Assembly: GCA_008632985.1 (NCBI GenBank)
Contig: QPGO01000044.1
Location: 310,001-374,000, forward strand
Reading direction: 5' to 3'
Length of the DNA stretch: 64,000 bases
Source of the DNA: Psammoneis japonica
Lineage: Eukaryota
In this document: piece by piece, positions 22,570-34,959 of the stretch
How positions within the stretch are numbered: the stretch's first letter is position 1
Layout: each line of letters opens with the position of its first letter
Translations under genes and position numbers: made by a program
The notes under the pieces: generated by a model
What the model was told of the DNA's origin: nothing
What the model saw: only the letters and a program-made list of their open reading frames with translations
Database searches by the model: none

Positions 22570-25210
22570 CATCGTGGAAACACCCCGATTTCAAAATCTG
22601 CCCCCTGCCACTTTTTTGCTGTCTCTCACAATCCAATCACACTGGTCTTTTGTTCCATCATCATCTCACTCATTTTCTTTAATGGAGTTGTTTGCTCCTG
22701 TGGAGAGGCTTTTGAGCGAGGCAAAATGTGCCAAAAAGTCAAGGACAATGACGGCTGGCATTTCCTGTTTTTCACACAGGAGTGTCTGCCAGGTCATGTT
22801 TTAGGATGTGGCAGCCCCATTCCCAGAGAATGAAGAGGTCTGATGAAGGTGCTTGGGTCCCAGTTGCAGGACATCGGGGGGCAGCAATGGCCTGGCCCCA
22901 TGCTGAAGCCATTGTCCCCATCACCTGTTTTTGCTCAAATTGGAGCACAGGGCACTCTGCAGCACACCAGTGTGCTGCAATGAAGAAAAATCTGATTGCA
23001 CTGCAAGTGGCATCTCAGGTGCCTTTTTGTTTTTTCCTGAGGGGCGCCATCAGCAAGGAGGGTGTCCTGTGTCTGCAACCACTGGTGGAGGGTTGAAGGT
23101 TGGAGTGACCCTGCTGTCGTGCAAGGGGGCCTGGTGTGGCTTCCATCTGGCTGTCAAACTTGTTGTGCATGCCATGCATCATCAAATGGAATGAGAAAGG
23201 AGTGGCACTTCTCTGGACCCAAACATGCCAGTGTGCAGTGAGCAGCACCCCAAACATCATGCCAACAACAATGCAGAAAACAGTTTGTGCTCTTTTGTGG
23301 ATCAGTTGAGCTGTGTGATGCCAGACTGGGGGCACACATTGCAGCCATTCTGAGCTGTCACTTGTCCAACAACATGCTTTGCCATGAATTTTTTTCTCTT
23401 GTTGTTCAGTGCTGGTCTGCCGCAGACATGTCTCCCAACACCCAGCAAGGTGCCCCACATTGTGCCAATGATTTCTCCTTCTTTGTCTCAGCACAAGACA
23501 GATCAGCACCAGCCAATGAGAGAGAGAAAGAGAGAGAGAGAGAGAGCAGTGCAAGCAGAGCCTGGTGACTGAAGCTCACCTCGCTCTTGCAAAAGTTTTC
23601 TCGTTGGCACCACAGATCATGTGCACCTTGGCCCTGACATGAGGTTTTCATCAAGCAGATGTTCTCTCATCCTTCATGTGACCAAACAAGCAGCACCAAC
23701 ACCATGCCAAGTTGATGGCATGCTTTGACTGATCTTGACATCAATGAAACCTGCTTTGTCTTTGCCTTGTTGGCAGCAACCTGTCATTTGAGTTTCAGTG
23801 TGCTCAAACAACCCAAGTTGGGCCTGGCTCCACATCTGGCAGCTCTGCAAAGCTCATGATGTGTGTTTTGAGTTGCAGGTGTGTGATGGCTTTGACCTGT
23901 TGACAATTTCCAGGTGGGTGCAGCTGATGACCCACACAGGCTTGGCACCATTTTGTGAATGTTTTGGATGTGATGTCTCTGTTTTTTTTTGAGTTTTGTC
24001 AGCTTGATGTTCGTGTTTGTGTGGCCAAGACATCTTTGTTCACACTCAGGTGCTCCAGCTCTCAATCCACAGCTCATGTGCACCTTGGCCCTGACATGAG
24101 GTTTTCATTGAAGCAGATGTTCTCTCATCCTTCATGTGACCAAACAAGCAGCACCAACACCATGCCAAGTTGATGGCATGCTTTGACTGATCTTGACATC
24201 AATGAAACCTGCTTTGTCTTTTGCCTTGTTGGCAGCAACCTGTCATTTGAGTTTCAGTGTGCTCAAACAACCCAAGTTGGGCCTGGCTCCCATGTCCAGC
24301 ATCTCTGCAAAGCTCATGATGTGTGTTTTGAGTTGATGCAGGTGCGCTGGTTTTGACCTGCTGTTGACAATCTCCAGGTGGGTGCAGCTGATGACCCACA
24401 CAGGCTTGGCACCATCATTTTGTGAATGTTTTGGATGTGATGTCTCTGTTGTTTTTTGAGTTTTGTCAGATGTTTGTTTGTGTGGCCAAGACATCTTTGT
24501 TCACACTCAGGTGCTCCAGCTCAATCGGGCAATTGGCAGCACTGGCTCACACCCAACAAGAAACAGCACACTCTGTGGCTCTGTCTCACATGCTTGGGCA
24601 TGCCATTTTGTCAAATTGGCTGCATCTGATGTGCAAAGCAGACCATCTGCTGTGTCTTGACAAAGTGTGAGTGCCAGTTGGATGCAACGAACATGCTTGC
24701 GAGCAAAAGCTGTTGGCTTTCTTGGCATGGCCTTGTTGCAGTGGTCAGCATTTCTTGCCATGACCATGCACCAAGCATGATGCAAACCCAGGATTTATTC
24801 ACTGCATCTCAGGTGCAAAAGCATTTCTGGCAAAAAAGAATGAATGAATGGTCAGCATGGGTTGTTTGAAGCAGCCGAGGCAATGATTGACAGCAGGGAA
24901 AATAAGGAGAGCCATGAAAACTCAAGGTTGGCAAAACAATCAACAACAGGTTGGCAAGAATGGATTCTACATCAGAGAGACAATCCAAGTGGGAAGGAAC
25001 GTTTGTTGGTGTTTGATGAGAAATTCAGCTTGGAAGGGGTTCAATTCTTTATTGGTGTCAATGATTGCAGTGTTTGCTTTGTCGGAAGACAGGACACAGA
25101 GACTGATGCACTTCTGTTCAACAGTGATCTCAGAAAGGAGAGGGTTCCTGGTGATGTTGAGACAGCGCACAGAATGCTTCCGACCGAGAGGAGAATGTTG
25201 TAACTGCACT
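22570..25210. repeat. TpA/CpG-depleted degenerate repeat domain 3
   Basis: TA/CG depletion; contains the 457-bp tandem duplication. Confidence 0.7.
23611..24526. repeat. Tandem direct duplication, period about 457 bp
   Basis: GTGCACCTTGGCCCTGACATGAGGTTTTCAT at 23621 and 24078; the copies align through to CTCAATC. Confidence 0.9.
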
Positions 25211-25550
25211 TGCCTTAAAGCGAAAGCTCCCCTTGAATTAGGTGCATTGCCGGTGAATGGCGCCCTGCGGAATCGTTATGTGTGGGGAGAGACGGACCGC
25301 CGCCTCTATCGATAGGCACCCAGCACGAGGCGATGCCTTCCTCGTTATACGACGACGACATCCAAGGATGCTTTTCGTACATTGACTCCTGCATGGACAC
25401 TATCTTCATCAGCGAGAACAATGCTGCGCAGACATCATTGGTAAAAACCATCTCTCGAGCTGAACCAGGTAGCAAGAAATGTTCCATTTTATGCAGTTGT
25501 AGCCAAACTCTCTTATATATAGTTTGAAAGTTACGGTATGATTCTCAGTG

Positions 25551-27399
25551 TCATTGACACGATCGCCCTCGTTGTCGTCCAGACGACGATCGTGGAGGCC
25601 GTTCTTCACTTGGTATTCTCCCTTCTTCTCGTCGCAGCCGCGGTGATTTGGAACTTGCCTTCCACGACCTTGCCTTGCGTTCTTTTTGTAGTTTGGCAAT
25701 TCCACCCTCGCTGCTGGGTCGACACATGCTTCGTCCACGGCGTCGTCTTGGAGGACTTGCAAGTTCGGATCGATACGCGTGCGTTGCCTCCTTTTCCATG
25801 GCTCGCAAATTGCTCGAACTCGCACTCTTGGTAAAGGGTCGTTTGGTAGCTGTTTCACTGGAATCCAACGTGTCCAGTGTGGACATGGTGGAGTCTCCCA
25901 GAGTAGCCGCGTCATCCAAGTCGGTCGTGGGCTCTTCTTCTTCTTCCTCCTCCACCTTTTCCGCACAGGAGGTTCCACAACAAATGTCCTTGACAATCTC
26001 TTCGTTGATCGTCGCGGCCGCGTCACAGAGAAAGGAAAGGAAACCCTTTTCTTGTTCTTGTTCTTGCTGTTGTTTTTGTTCTTGACTGTGAATGGTTCGA
26101 AGTTGTGCCTTTTTGGCAAGAACTTGTTGTGAATATCCGTGTCGTGATCTCATTTCCGCCACTTCGTACATTAAAATGTACGCTTGTTGCTGCAACACGA
26201 CCGTTTCCGAAACCCGCGTCACTACCGAATCATTGCACTTGAACCATTCCTTACCGTGCTTGACATAGGCCAAATAATGACCACATTCACACGAAACACC
26301 CTGATGCACCAGCACACCCACGAGTTCATACGGCGGAGGCCGGGCCTTGTTGGCCAGCGACATGTAATTTCCAATGTGGAGCGAGAGTGGAAATTCCACA
26401 TGCTTGTTCAAACGCACCATGCGTCCAAACTTATCGTAGGCAAATCGTTTCAAGTGACACACCAAAATGGACGGTGCCGTTGCCAAGCGCAATCCCTTGG
26501 TACGTCCTGTTTGCATTGACAGACACCGCAATAGACCTTGTTTTCACCCGACAGTAATTCCGTTTTGGTAAATTCCTCCAATGCCTCATTCAGGTTGGAG
26601 GAGGATGCTATATCCAAACTCAAATCCATGTACCGATCTCGTGTCAGACTGGTGTGTTGACACGATTGACAGGTAATGGCACTTTCCAACAGTCCATCAA
26701 AAAGACTGGAAAGTTTTTTGTTTTGACCATTCATCATGAGTGTCCCCAACAATGCACGCAGAAATTCGTGCGCATCCTCTTGTTGATAGGGAACCAAACA
26801 CTTGCTGAGACGATTGGGGTGTTTGGTAATGTTACCCGGATCCACAACAACAGAAGAAGAATCATTCTTGTTGTCATTGGAAGTCATCCAAAAAACGTAG
26901 GAGATGCAGTACTACTGCTACTGTTGTTTTCTTGGGTATTGTACTGACGGGTAATGCGCGTAAGTTCCTTGGTAAGCCATCTACACGATTCTCGTCGTGC
27001 TTGTGTTTCGTCCTTGGGTGGTGAACTACTTCGTCTTGTTTTTTCCAACAAATTGGAATTGGATGAATAACGACGAAAGACAGTTACCGACTTTGGATCG
27101 AGCAATGCATGAGAGAGTGCCGTACTGAGCAAACATTGAAGAGCTGCATTCGCATAACAAGTATTACCAACATTACGAAGTCCCACCGGAACATGTTGTT
27201 GTTGTTGTTGTTGTTGTTCTTTGGGTGGATCGTTGTTGTTGTCTGTTGTAATGGGTGTCACTTGCATGAGTCTCGTTGCTCCTCCGGATAATCCGGAACC
27301 ACCGCCCATGGTCAAAAGTGAGGTATGTGTTGTCTCTTTTTTACAAAAATTTCCATTGACGCTCGCTCGTCCGGCACCGTAGAATTTGTACGGGAGCAT
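25551..27399 (-). CDS. Ubiquitin-specific protease (USP/peptidase C19, USP36/42-like), split by two frameshifts
   Basis: Cys box GLRNVGNTCYANAALQCL, QQEDAHEFL, LKRF and His box YELVGVLVHQG..CGHYLAYVK..WFKCND. Frame changes near 26890 and 26510. Start is 27399 or 27309. Confidence 0.85.
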
Positions 27400-28406
27400 G
27401 GAGTGTGTCTAGCGATGCATGGCTCGGCACTCTCTGTTGTGTTTGCGTGATAGTGACCATTACTAAAATTTTCGTGCCCATGGTATGGGCAACTCTCAAC
27501 GGAAACCCACGAGTCATCGCCAAGATGGCGTGTTGGGCGTATTTTGAAATTTTGGCGAATTATGGATAAATCGACAAAATTGGTAGTTCATTTTGGTCAT
27601 TTTGAGCGAAACGCGCATTTCACTTGAAAACCTTGGCGCCGGAGGCAAAGTTTAAATTTTGAATGATTATATCAAACATTAAATAAAATAATATCCATCT
27701 CAACGGAAGAATTTCTCCTAATTAGTATCGCATTTAGAACGTGACAGGACAAAAAATTATAGCGAGGAAATAAACTTATATATACTTATATATTTGAATG
27801 ATGGAAGGGCTTTAGTATACGTATAGGCATTCAAAACGATACACATGAAAGATGACAAGAATGGAGTCACACCGAAGCACAGCAACAAAACCTGAAACCC
27901 GGCCGCGGGTCCATTCATTGACTTCTCCGACTCCTCACTCATGACATTGACAACTCTACTCCTCCTCCTCCTCTCTCTCTACCGGTAGTAGAGAGGGCCC
28001 TCTAGAGTAGAGAGAGTCTACTCTATACTCTAGTAGTAGAGTAGAGAGCGTAGTTTAGCTAGCTACTCCTAAACTAGAGGGTAGAGGCCGGGATGTAATT
28101 ATTCAAGTAACAGTTCTTCTACAATTGAAGGATGTATTCCCATGGCCCCATTTTCCTTGCAATACGAAATAAAATGAACTAGTCTTGCTCAGCCTGCATC
28201 ACGACACGCAAGTGGTAAATCTCTTGACACCCCCCCCCCCCCCCNTCCCACCTCTTCTTTGTGACAACAACTACCATGCTAAATGTATTGCAGCGCCGCC
28301 TGCTTTGCCCGAATTGCTCCTTGAAAGTGTACAAAGTAGTTGTCGACCTCTCGCTTTCTTTTTCAAGGTCTCAAATAATACAACAACAACAACAAACCTC
28401 TTTTTT

Positions 28407-30133
28407 TTACGCTGAAACACGCGTAGCATACCAATTCAACCATTCATACTGTTGCAAGACATCATGAGCTCGTTGACACCACGTTCCAAGCTGTGCAACA
28501 GTCACATTATTTGCATTGTTGTTTGGAAGTTGCTCCAAGAGCATGTCCGGCATGCTTCGCCACGCCGCCAAGTCCTTGGGTGTTCCTGTACTGGCCACTT
28601 CACGGAGTGTTTCCATCATTTCGATATTGTCGTCACACACTTGTACCATGATTTCTTCGACGGATTCTTGTTGGGCATAATCAATCCACGATTCGACTTG
28701 ATCGGGAGATAATTGTAGGAGAGAAGCAACCATTTCACTATCAGTGTTGGCCAACTGCCGCCAATTGCCAATATCATTCTGAATGAGTGTTTGAATCCAT
28801 GATTGAATCAAGCATGGATCCACCGCGTTGTCATTTCCCGCTTGGATACAATCACGCAATTCCTCCTCATCCGTTTCCGTCGGCGTTGTGAGTTGCCATG
28901 TATCGACTTGTTCAAGTCGTGCCATGGCAGCACGTGCCGTTTCTTGTCGCAAACGGCCTCGATTGTACTCGTGGACTTGTTCCATGGCATGCTCCACGGC
29001 TTGTACGGCACTTTCGGCAGCTTGCCAATTGTTTTCTGCTTCGCCCTCTTGTCTCTTGTTTTCTCGTGCCTTTTCCGATAAGGTCTTGATGCGTGTGGAT
29101 AAAAAGGCAAAGTCCAAACAAGGAAGCAATTGTTGTAATGCGGATTCCATCGAAGTAATGGAGTTTTGTTGTTGTAAATACACTAGACTCCAAAAGACCC
29201 GTGGTGACAATTGTGCCAATTGTCGTAGTGATTCCTTGTTGGAATTGTAAATGGCCGTCACGACTTGTTCCAATAAATTTTGTGGAATATAATCGACACG
29301 TTCTTCATAATACCACGTCCTCGAGTCCCTTGGAATATTCAATCAAGAGCTTGTCGTTTTCGAGTTTGATTTCGTATTTTTTGGATTGTACGGCCGCTAC
29401 ACGCACCACGGCACGGCTGGTTTCGTATTGTTGTGCTACAGCATTTCGCATGGCACCACGCAACACTTGATCCACTTGTGTATTACTTCCATTACTACTT
29501 TGATTCAAGGCATTCAACAAGGCAAACGAAATATCGTCTTGTGACGAGAATTTGGCACGTGATTTTCGTTTGTTGGAGAAGGCCCTACCGCACTTCCATC
29601 GGCAAGACGTCGTCCTGGCAATTGAGCCATTCGTCGTTGTGCCGCAGCCTGACTTCTTGCGGCTTGCGTCGTTGCTCTATTATTGGTAGTTTTTCGCTTT
29701 TTCGCCTTTTTTGTTGTTTCTTGTTTCATCATGGCGTCTTGAGCACGAATCACATCGGCAAAGGATTCGGTAGCAGCACGTGCGGCGGAACGCTTGGAAC
29801 GTCGTGATACTGTGCCATTGGTATCAGCAACTGCTGCTGCTGCTGCTGCTGTACCATTTGCTAGCTCACTACTAGTATCGCCATTTGATGCTGCACTACT
29901 CTCCACTTGAACTCGATCATTGTTGGTAGTACAGATCGAGCCAAGACGGTGTTTTCGTCTCCTAAAACACGTGGAGGAAATCCCGCCTTGAACGTTACTT
30001 GAGCAGTAAAACCAAAATGACGAGCCGCCATGTTTTTGACTTGACCCAAAGTATCCGTATCCTTGACAACAAGAATCTTGCGGGGTTTGCCCACGGCAGA
30101 CAAACACACCTTGAATTCAGAGGATGACGCCAT
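28407..30133 (-). CDS. Hypothetical protein with N-terminal ubiquitin-like (UBX-like GFPPR) domain, split by frameshifts
   Basis: MASSSEFKV..TLGQVK..FKAGFPPRVL. Four consecutive minus-strand ORF pieces (shifts near 29930, 29520 and 29320) end in the 311-aa ORF ..SPRVFWSLV..WYATRVSA. Confidence 0.6.
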
Positions 30134-30239
30134 GGTGTTGATGCTCGCTTTGTTGTTGTTGTTTGTTTGTTGTTTGTTGTGTCGCACCCACTGGATACGA
30201 TTGATCGCGCGTGTTCGCGCGCGGCTTCCACCGCTGTCT

Positions 30240-32280
30240 AACCGTCGTCCCACATTCCAACATGCACAGGCCCACACCAACCGTGTGAGGAGTCAAAACA
30301 AAGAGCTGAGGCCAGGTGCTTGCCAATTGAAGCAATGTACAAACAATTCAAGGCAGTCAAGAGCATGCAACTTTGCAAGAGCAACAAAAAATGGAGCACT
30401 CCCCTTGGCTGCTGCCTGCACAAAAAACAACAACAAACAGCAAGAACAGGCGGAGCACGCTGCCTGGCGTGCTGCTGACCATCCATTTGCTTGCTCTTTG
30501 TCTTCTCTGGCACTGGCTTCTGTCATTGCACAGGTCTCAGGTGGACAGAAAAATCCTGTCAGGCCACACAAAAACCACCCATGCTCTTTCTTTGCGTGGT
30601 GTGCAGCTGGCTGAGTTGCGTGGCTGTGCGCCCTCTGCTTGGCTTCTTTTGAGTGCTCTGTGGCCACACCACCATGCACACACACCCCAAGGTTGGATGC
30701 AACCAGGAATGTGGCAACCACAATGCCCTGCCCATGCACATGTGGGTGGGTGGGGGGGGGGCAGCCAGCATTTCAGAGCGCAGCAGTCGGGACAGCGCAA
30801 AAACAAGCACGGCGTGGCCATTTTTCTCAGCTCTCGAAAGAGAGACACCTCTTGTTTTTGAAGCCATTCTCTGAAGGTGTGCAAACCCCTGCACACAAAA
30901 CATCTCCACCAGGGGTGAAAAGGAAAAAGCAACAAAAACAAAAATGACAAACAGCCCAAAACAACAGCAAAGTGCTGGCTGCCCCGCCAACAAGAACTCA
31001 ACCCGCCACAGCATGAGGATTTTTGTTTGTTGACAGCATGTGCTGCTGCTGCTGCTGTTGAGGATGCGGGCCTCTGGCAGCAATTTGAGTGTTTTTTGCC
31101 ACACAGCAAAGCACTGCTGGGCTGCCACCAGAGACCAAATGTTGTGACAACAACTCCAAACAACAAAACACAATTGTGGGCTTCACACATGCACACCACA
31201 CAGCAGCTGCATGACTTGACTCTTGGTGCACAGTGATGCTGGTCAATGTGCAGAGAGGGGGTCAAGCACACACCAGCTCATGACCACCAGCATTTGTCAG
31301 AATTGCAAGAACTCACAACAGACATCATTCTGGCCATGAATGACATGCAAAATTGGCAGGCATGGGAGGCCTCAATTTGCAATGTTGTTGAGCTTCAGAA
31401 GAATGTGCCTTGTCTCTGTGCAAGAAATCAGCAGGGCACAATCACTCAAGCTGACAATGTCTTCAAGAGACAGCAGATGTCAAGACATGGAAGAGCATGT
31501 CACTTCTTGGAAGACATGTCTGCTTTCATCATTGGCTAGCCAACATGGTTTGCAAAAGGAAGAGAGTTGGAGAAATTTGAAGAAACACAACCTGTGCTGG
31601 GAAGAAAAAGAAAATTTGATGAAATGAGTCTGGTGGGCATGCCTTGCTTGCACACTTTGATCAAAATTGCTTGGAGAGCTGTGCTTGTCATCTCACAGCA
31701 ATTGAAAAGGTTTGGCTGGACATGTGATTGTTGTTTGATCATGTGGGTTCTGCTTGCTCCATGAACAGCAAAAATCCAGAGCTCCTGGCGGATGGGCTGG
31801 TTTGCACACTTCTCATGTCAAAAATCCCTGCAGCAGCACTGCCAATGGCTCTGAAGAGATTGAGCCAACAACAGAGCTTTGCTTTAAAAGAACAAACACC
31901 ACACCCACCACTGGCAACTTTCCAAAATGACACACAGAGAGCGTGTGTCATGCTTCCAATGCTGGAGGTTGGAGCAAGGGATAAGACCTTCCTTGCCACC
32001 AGATTGATGCTGACATGATGTGTCAAGACTGATGTCACTCACAAAAAAGGTGGAAGAAAAAGTATTGGGTGAGGCTCTTCCTCATCGGAGTGCAACAACG
32101 GGTGATGTCAGGGGTGATGCTTGGATGTTGCTGAATCAACTTCTTAATGCCACCATCATTGCAGGCTGGCCACACTCCTGCTGCCCCAACCATTGCCCTG
32201 TCATGTGCAAAGACTCCTTTTGCAAGAGGGAGCGAAGCTTGGTGTTTTGTCCTCATGCGAAGAAGCCTCATGCATGACTC
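30240..32280. repeat. TpA/CpG-depleted degenerate repeat domain 4
   Basis: TA/CG nearly absent; abrupt left edge about 100 bp from the ATG at 30133. Confidence 0.7.
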
Positions 32281-32553
32281 TAGCTTGATGTATTGTGAGC
32301 ATGAATGTGAAAGATCAGCCTGTGTGGTAAATCGATCCCACTGTGCGATTATAAGTTCAATGCATCTTGCACTGTCTAATGCTCGGGTCGGAGAGGACTG
32401 GACCAGATTTTCAGAGCTAAATTGTAGGTGCACGCAAATGCATTTAAAGGTATAAAGAAATTGATGGCGCACAAGATTATGACCCAATGGAACGGAGACA
32501 CCTCGAACGCAAAGACAATGGCACCTTTTGGACCAAACAAAGAGGTTAATGCC

Positions 32554-33452
32554 TCATTTCTTACGACAAATCGTCACGCCATCCGCAATCGTAAGGAAAC
32601 TAACACGCTCAATCCGATCATCCTCGTAGATCTTTCTCGCGAGGCTCTTTATTGCCAAGGTGTCGATAGCATATCTTGCCTCTGTGGCAACAATTCCCTC
32701 ATCATCAGAAGTGCTCTTTTCCGCTAGAGCTTCCAACAAATCGTCTGGCATGGCAACGCGACCTCCCCAAAAGGTATTATCAACAACAACCAGGCCTCCA
32801 CTCTTGGTGAGCCTAACACATTTTTCATAGTAGTCGTGATACGAAACCTTGTCTGCGTCAATGAAGCACATATCGACAGATTCCTCACCATACTCCTCTT
32901 CTTCAAGCAAAGCACTGAGTGTTTCCTTGGCATCCCCTACTCGAAAATCAATCATATCCTCCACTCCAGCCTGTTTCCACGCCGCCACGCCAACTTCTGC
33001 AAAGTCCCTCGACACATCTAATCGACAACCTTTCTCGAGCTAGAACCCATTTTTCCATTCAGATCTTTTAGACATGAAGCAAAAGCCAGCGTCGATAGTC
33101 CCCGAAACACACCAACTTCCACGACAATCTTTGCATTCATCATTTCCAGCATCATACACAAGAGATTGGCTTCTTCGGGAGACCCAGCCATTCGCGCATG
33201 GGGCAAAGCGTCAGTCTGTGCCTGCAAGTCTTGCTGAACCTTGGTTGGTTTCAAGCTATACAAATTCGCAAATGTTTGAAGTTTCAAGGGCAGCTCCTTT
33301 GCATCATTCAAGTCGCTCTGCTCTACAACAGATGCTAGATCGGAATCCAACGCCGGAAGTTCATCGCGTAGGGTCTTGATTAACCGTTCATGACGATCGT
33401 AAGAAGCAATTGACGGCGGAGTCGAATACTTGGATGCTGATAAGTCAGACAT
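32554..33452 (-). CDS. SAM-dependent O-methyltransferase (caffeoyl-CoA OMT / Methyltransf_3 family)
   Basis: AKIVVEVGVFRGLSTL, FRVGDAKETL, DMCFIDADK..YYE, GGLVVVDNTFWGG, ADGVTICRKK. One base is missing near 33022 (KVV[GL]DVSRDF). Confidence 0.85.
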
Positions 33453-34169
33453 TTTGCAACAACAGAAGGCAATCCTGCTTCGTAGATTCAGATTAAAGCA
33501 AGCTACCGGTAGTAGCAGTGCCCTTTGCCCTCCCAACATGCAATGGAAGGTCTGGGGCCTGCAGCAACAGTAATTAACACTGAGAGCATGGTGTGAAGCT
33601 CCAAAACACCGCGCGGTACGTATTGCGCACCTCACCACCATGGTTGTTTTCGGTGACAAGTCTGAAAAGCGTGGAACAGCTGGTTATGTTGAGCAAAGAG
33701 CTTGGCGGCCAACGGTGCTGAAGAAAAAAGGTTCAACAAGCTCGAAAGCCAATGAAGCGGTGTTTAAATATGCTCTCATGCTCTCCGTTCTAGCTCCATG
33801 CCCTTTTTACCCTGTCTCAACTTCGAACTTTGCTATATAGGTCGTAGAACCAATTATCGATGCCCATCCTAACAAATTTCGTGTGTTATGTATAATCTAT
33901 GGTTCCGGCCTGCTACCATGTTCTGTTCAAAACAGGTATTTTTGGTCTTTTTACTGTACAGAAGTTTAGTGATATTGGATATGGCAGGGTCCTAGAGAGA
34001 ACAAAGTGGCTGGAAATCACAGGTGTTACTATGTACAAAACTAAAACTGCAAGCCAACTATGATACTGTTTGTAACTAATTGAGTTGCTCTTTCCCAGAT
34101 TGGTATTCTCAAAAATCTTGAAAGTAAAAAGAACGAAACAAGGCACATCACATGCTAGGTTAGTCGTTC

Positions 34170-34628
34170 GAAACGCACGGCCGCGGACAGATCACCATTC
34201 CAAAGCTTACTCTAACTCTCGACAACTTCTTAGTGCACTAACGCGAATCTCCATTACGTCTTGGGGCTTTTCTTGGCAAGAAATCGCCTGGAAAGTACGT
34301 AATTGGAAGAGCCTTCTTCTTTGGTGGAGTCGGACCACCATCGGTTGGTGGTGCTACGGTGGGTTGCGATGGAGGTGACTGAGTCGGCACGTCGGAGTTG
34401 CACCTGTGGAGATGCAGATGAATATCTTTCAGTTTTTCCAATCAGCTCCTGGAGTTCTTCGGGCGCTTTTTGAAATTCGCTAAGTAGACGTTCTCTTCCG
34501 TTCATGTTATTGTTCACAAGTGGAGTACTTGCTGGCTGTTTCATTGCTCGGAAGTGGGTGCTTATTGCCACAAGAATGATGACAATAGCAAAAGTTCCAA
34601 TAAGGCCTATGAGCTTTGAAAAGTTCAT
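34170..34628 (-). pseudogene. Truncated third paralogue of the TM/PhoX-like family
   Basis: Same TM signature (IVIILVAISTHFR). After a frameshift it reads PTVAPPT.GPTPP..ALPITYFPGD, matching exon 4 of the paralogues, then decays. Confidence 0.7.
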
Positions 34629-34959
34629 CGTGATGGCATTAGACCTTTGTATTTGACAAGCAAATTCTCGGGCATTGCTTTCGTTTTGTGAAGATGCGAA
34701 TCCGTGTCGGTCGCAAGTAAGTCGAGATCAACGCATTCATGTGTGAAAAATTGGACGAATAGGAAAGTACTCATTTTTGATAGTGGCATGTAGCGCATCA
34801 AAATTTATATGTTTTATACTTATTAGTCCACGTAAAGTGAGTTGCAAAATATATTTCCATTAGAAGCGTTGAACTGACCAGCATTCGACTCGTGATCGGG
34901 TGATGGGAGAATGATTCTTCACTCGATCATTGCCGAAGGCACGACCTGTGATGATTCAC

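Noticed and set aside
22061..22804. 247-aa plus-strand ORF
   Set aside because: Antisense to the 299-aa gene and starts at GTG.
25215..25487. 90-aa minus-strand ORF downstream of the USP gene
   Set aside because: Could be an exon or fragment, but I see no motif or convincing splice support.
28230..28246. Poly-C run containing an N
   Set aside because: Assembly uncertainty, not a biological feature.
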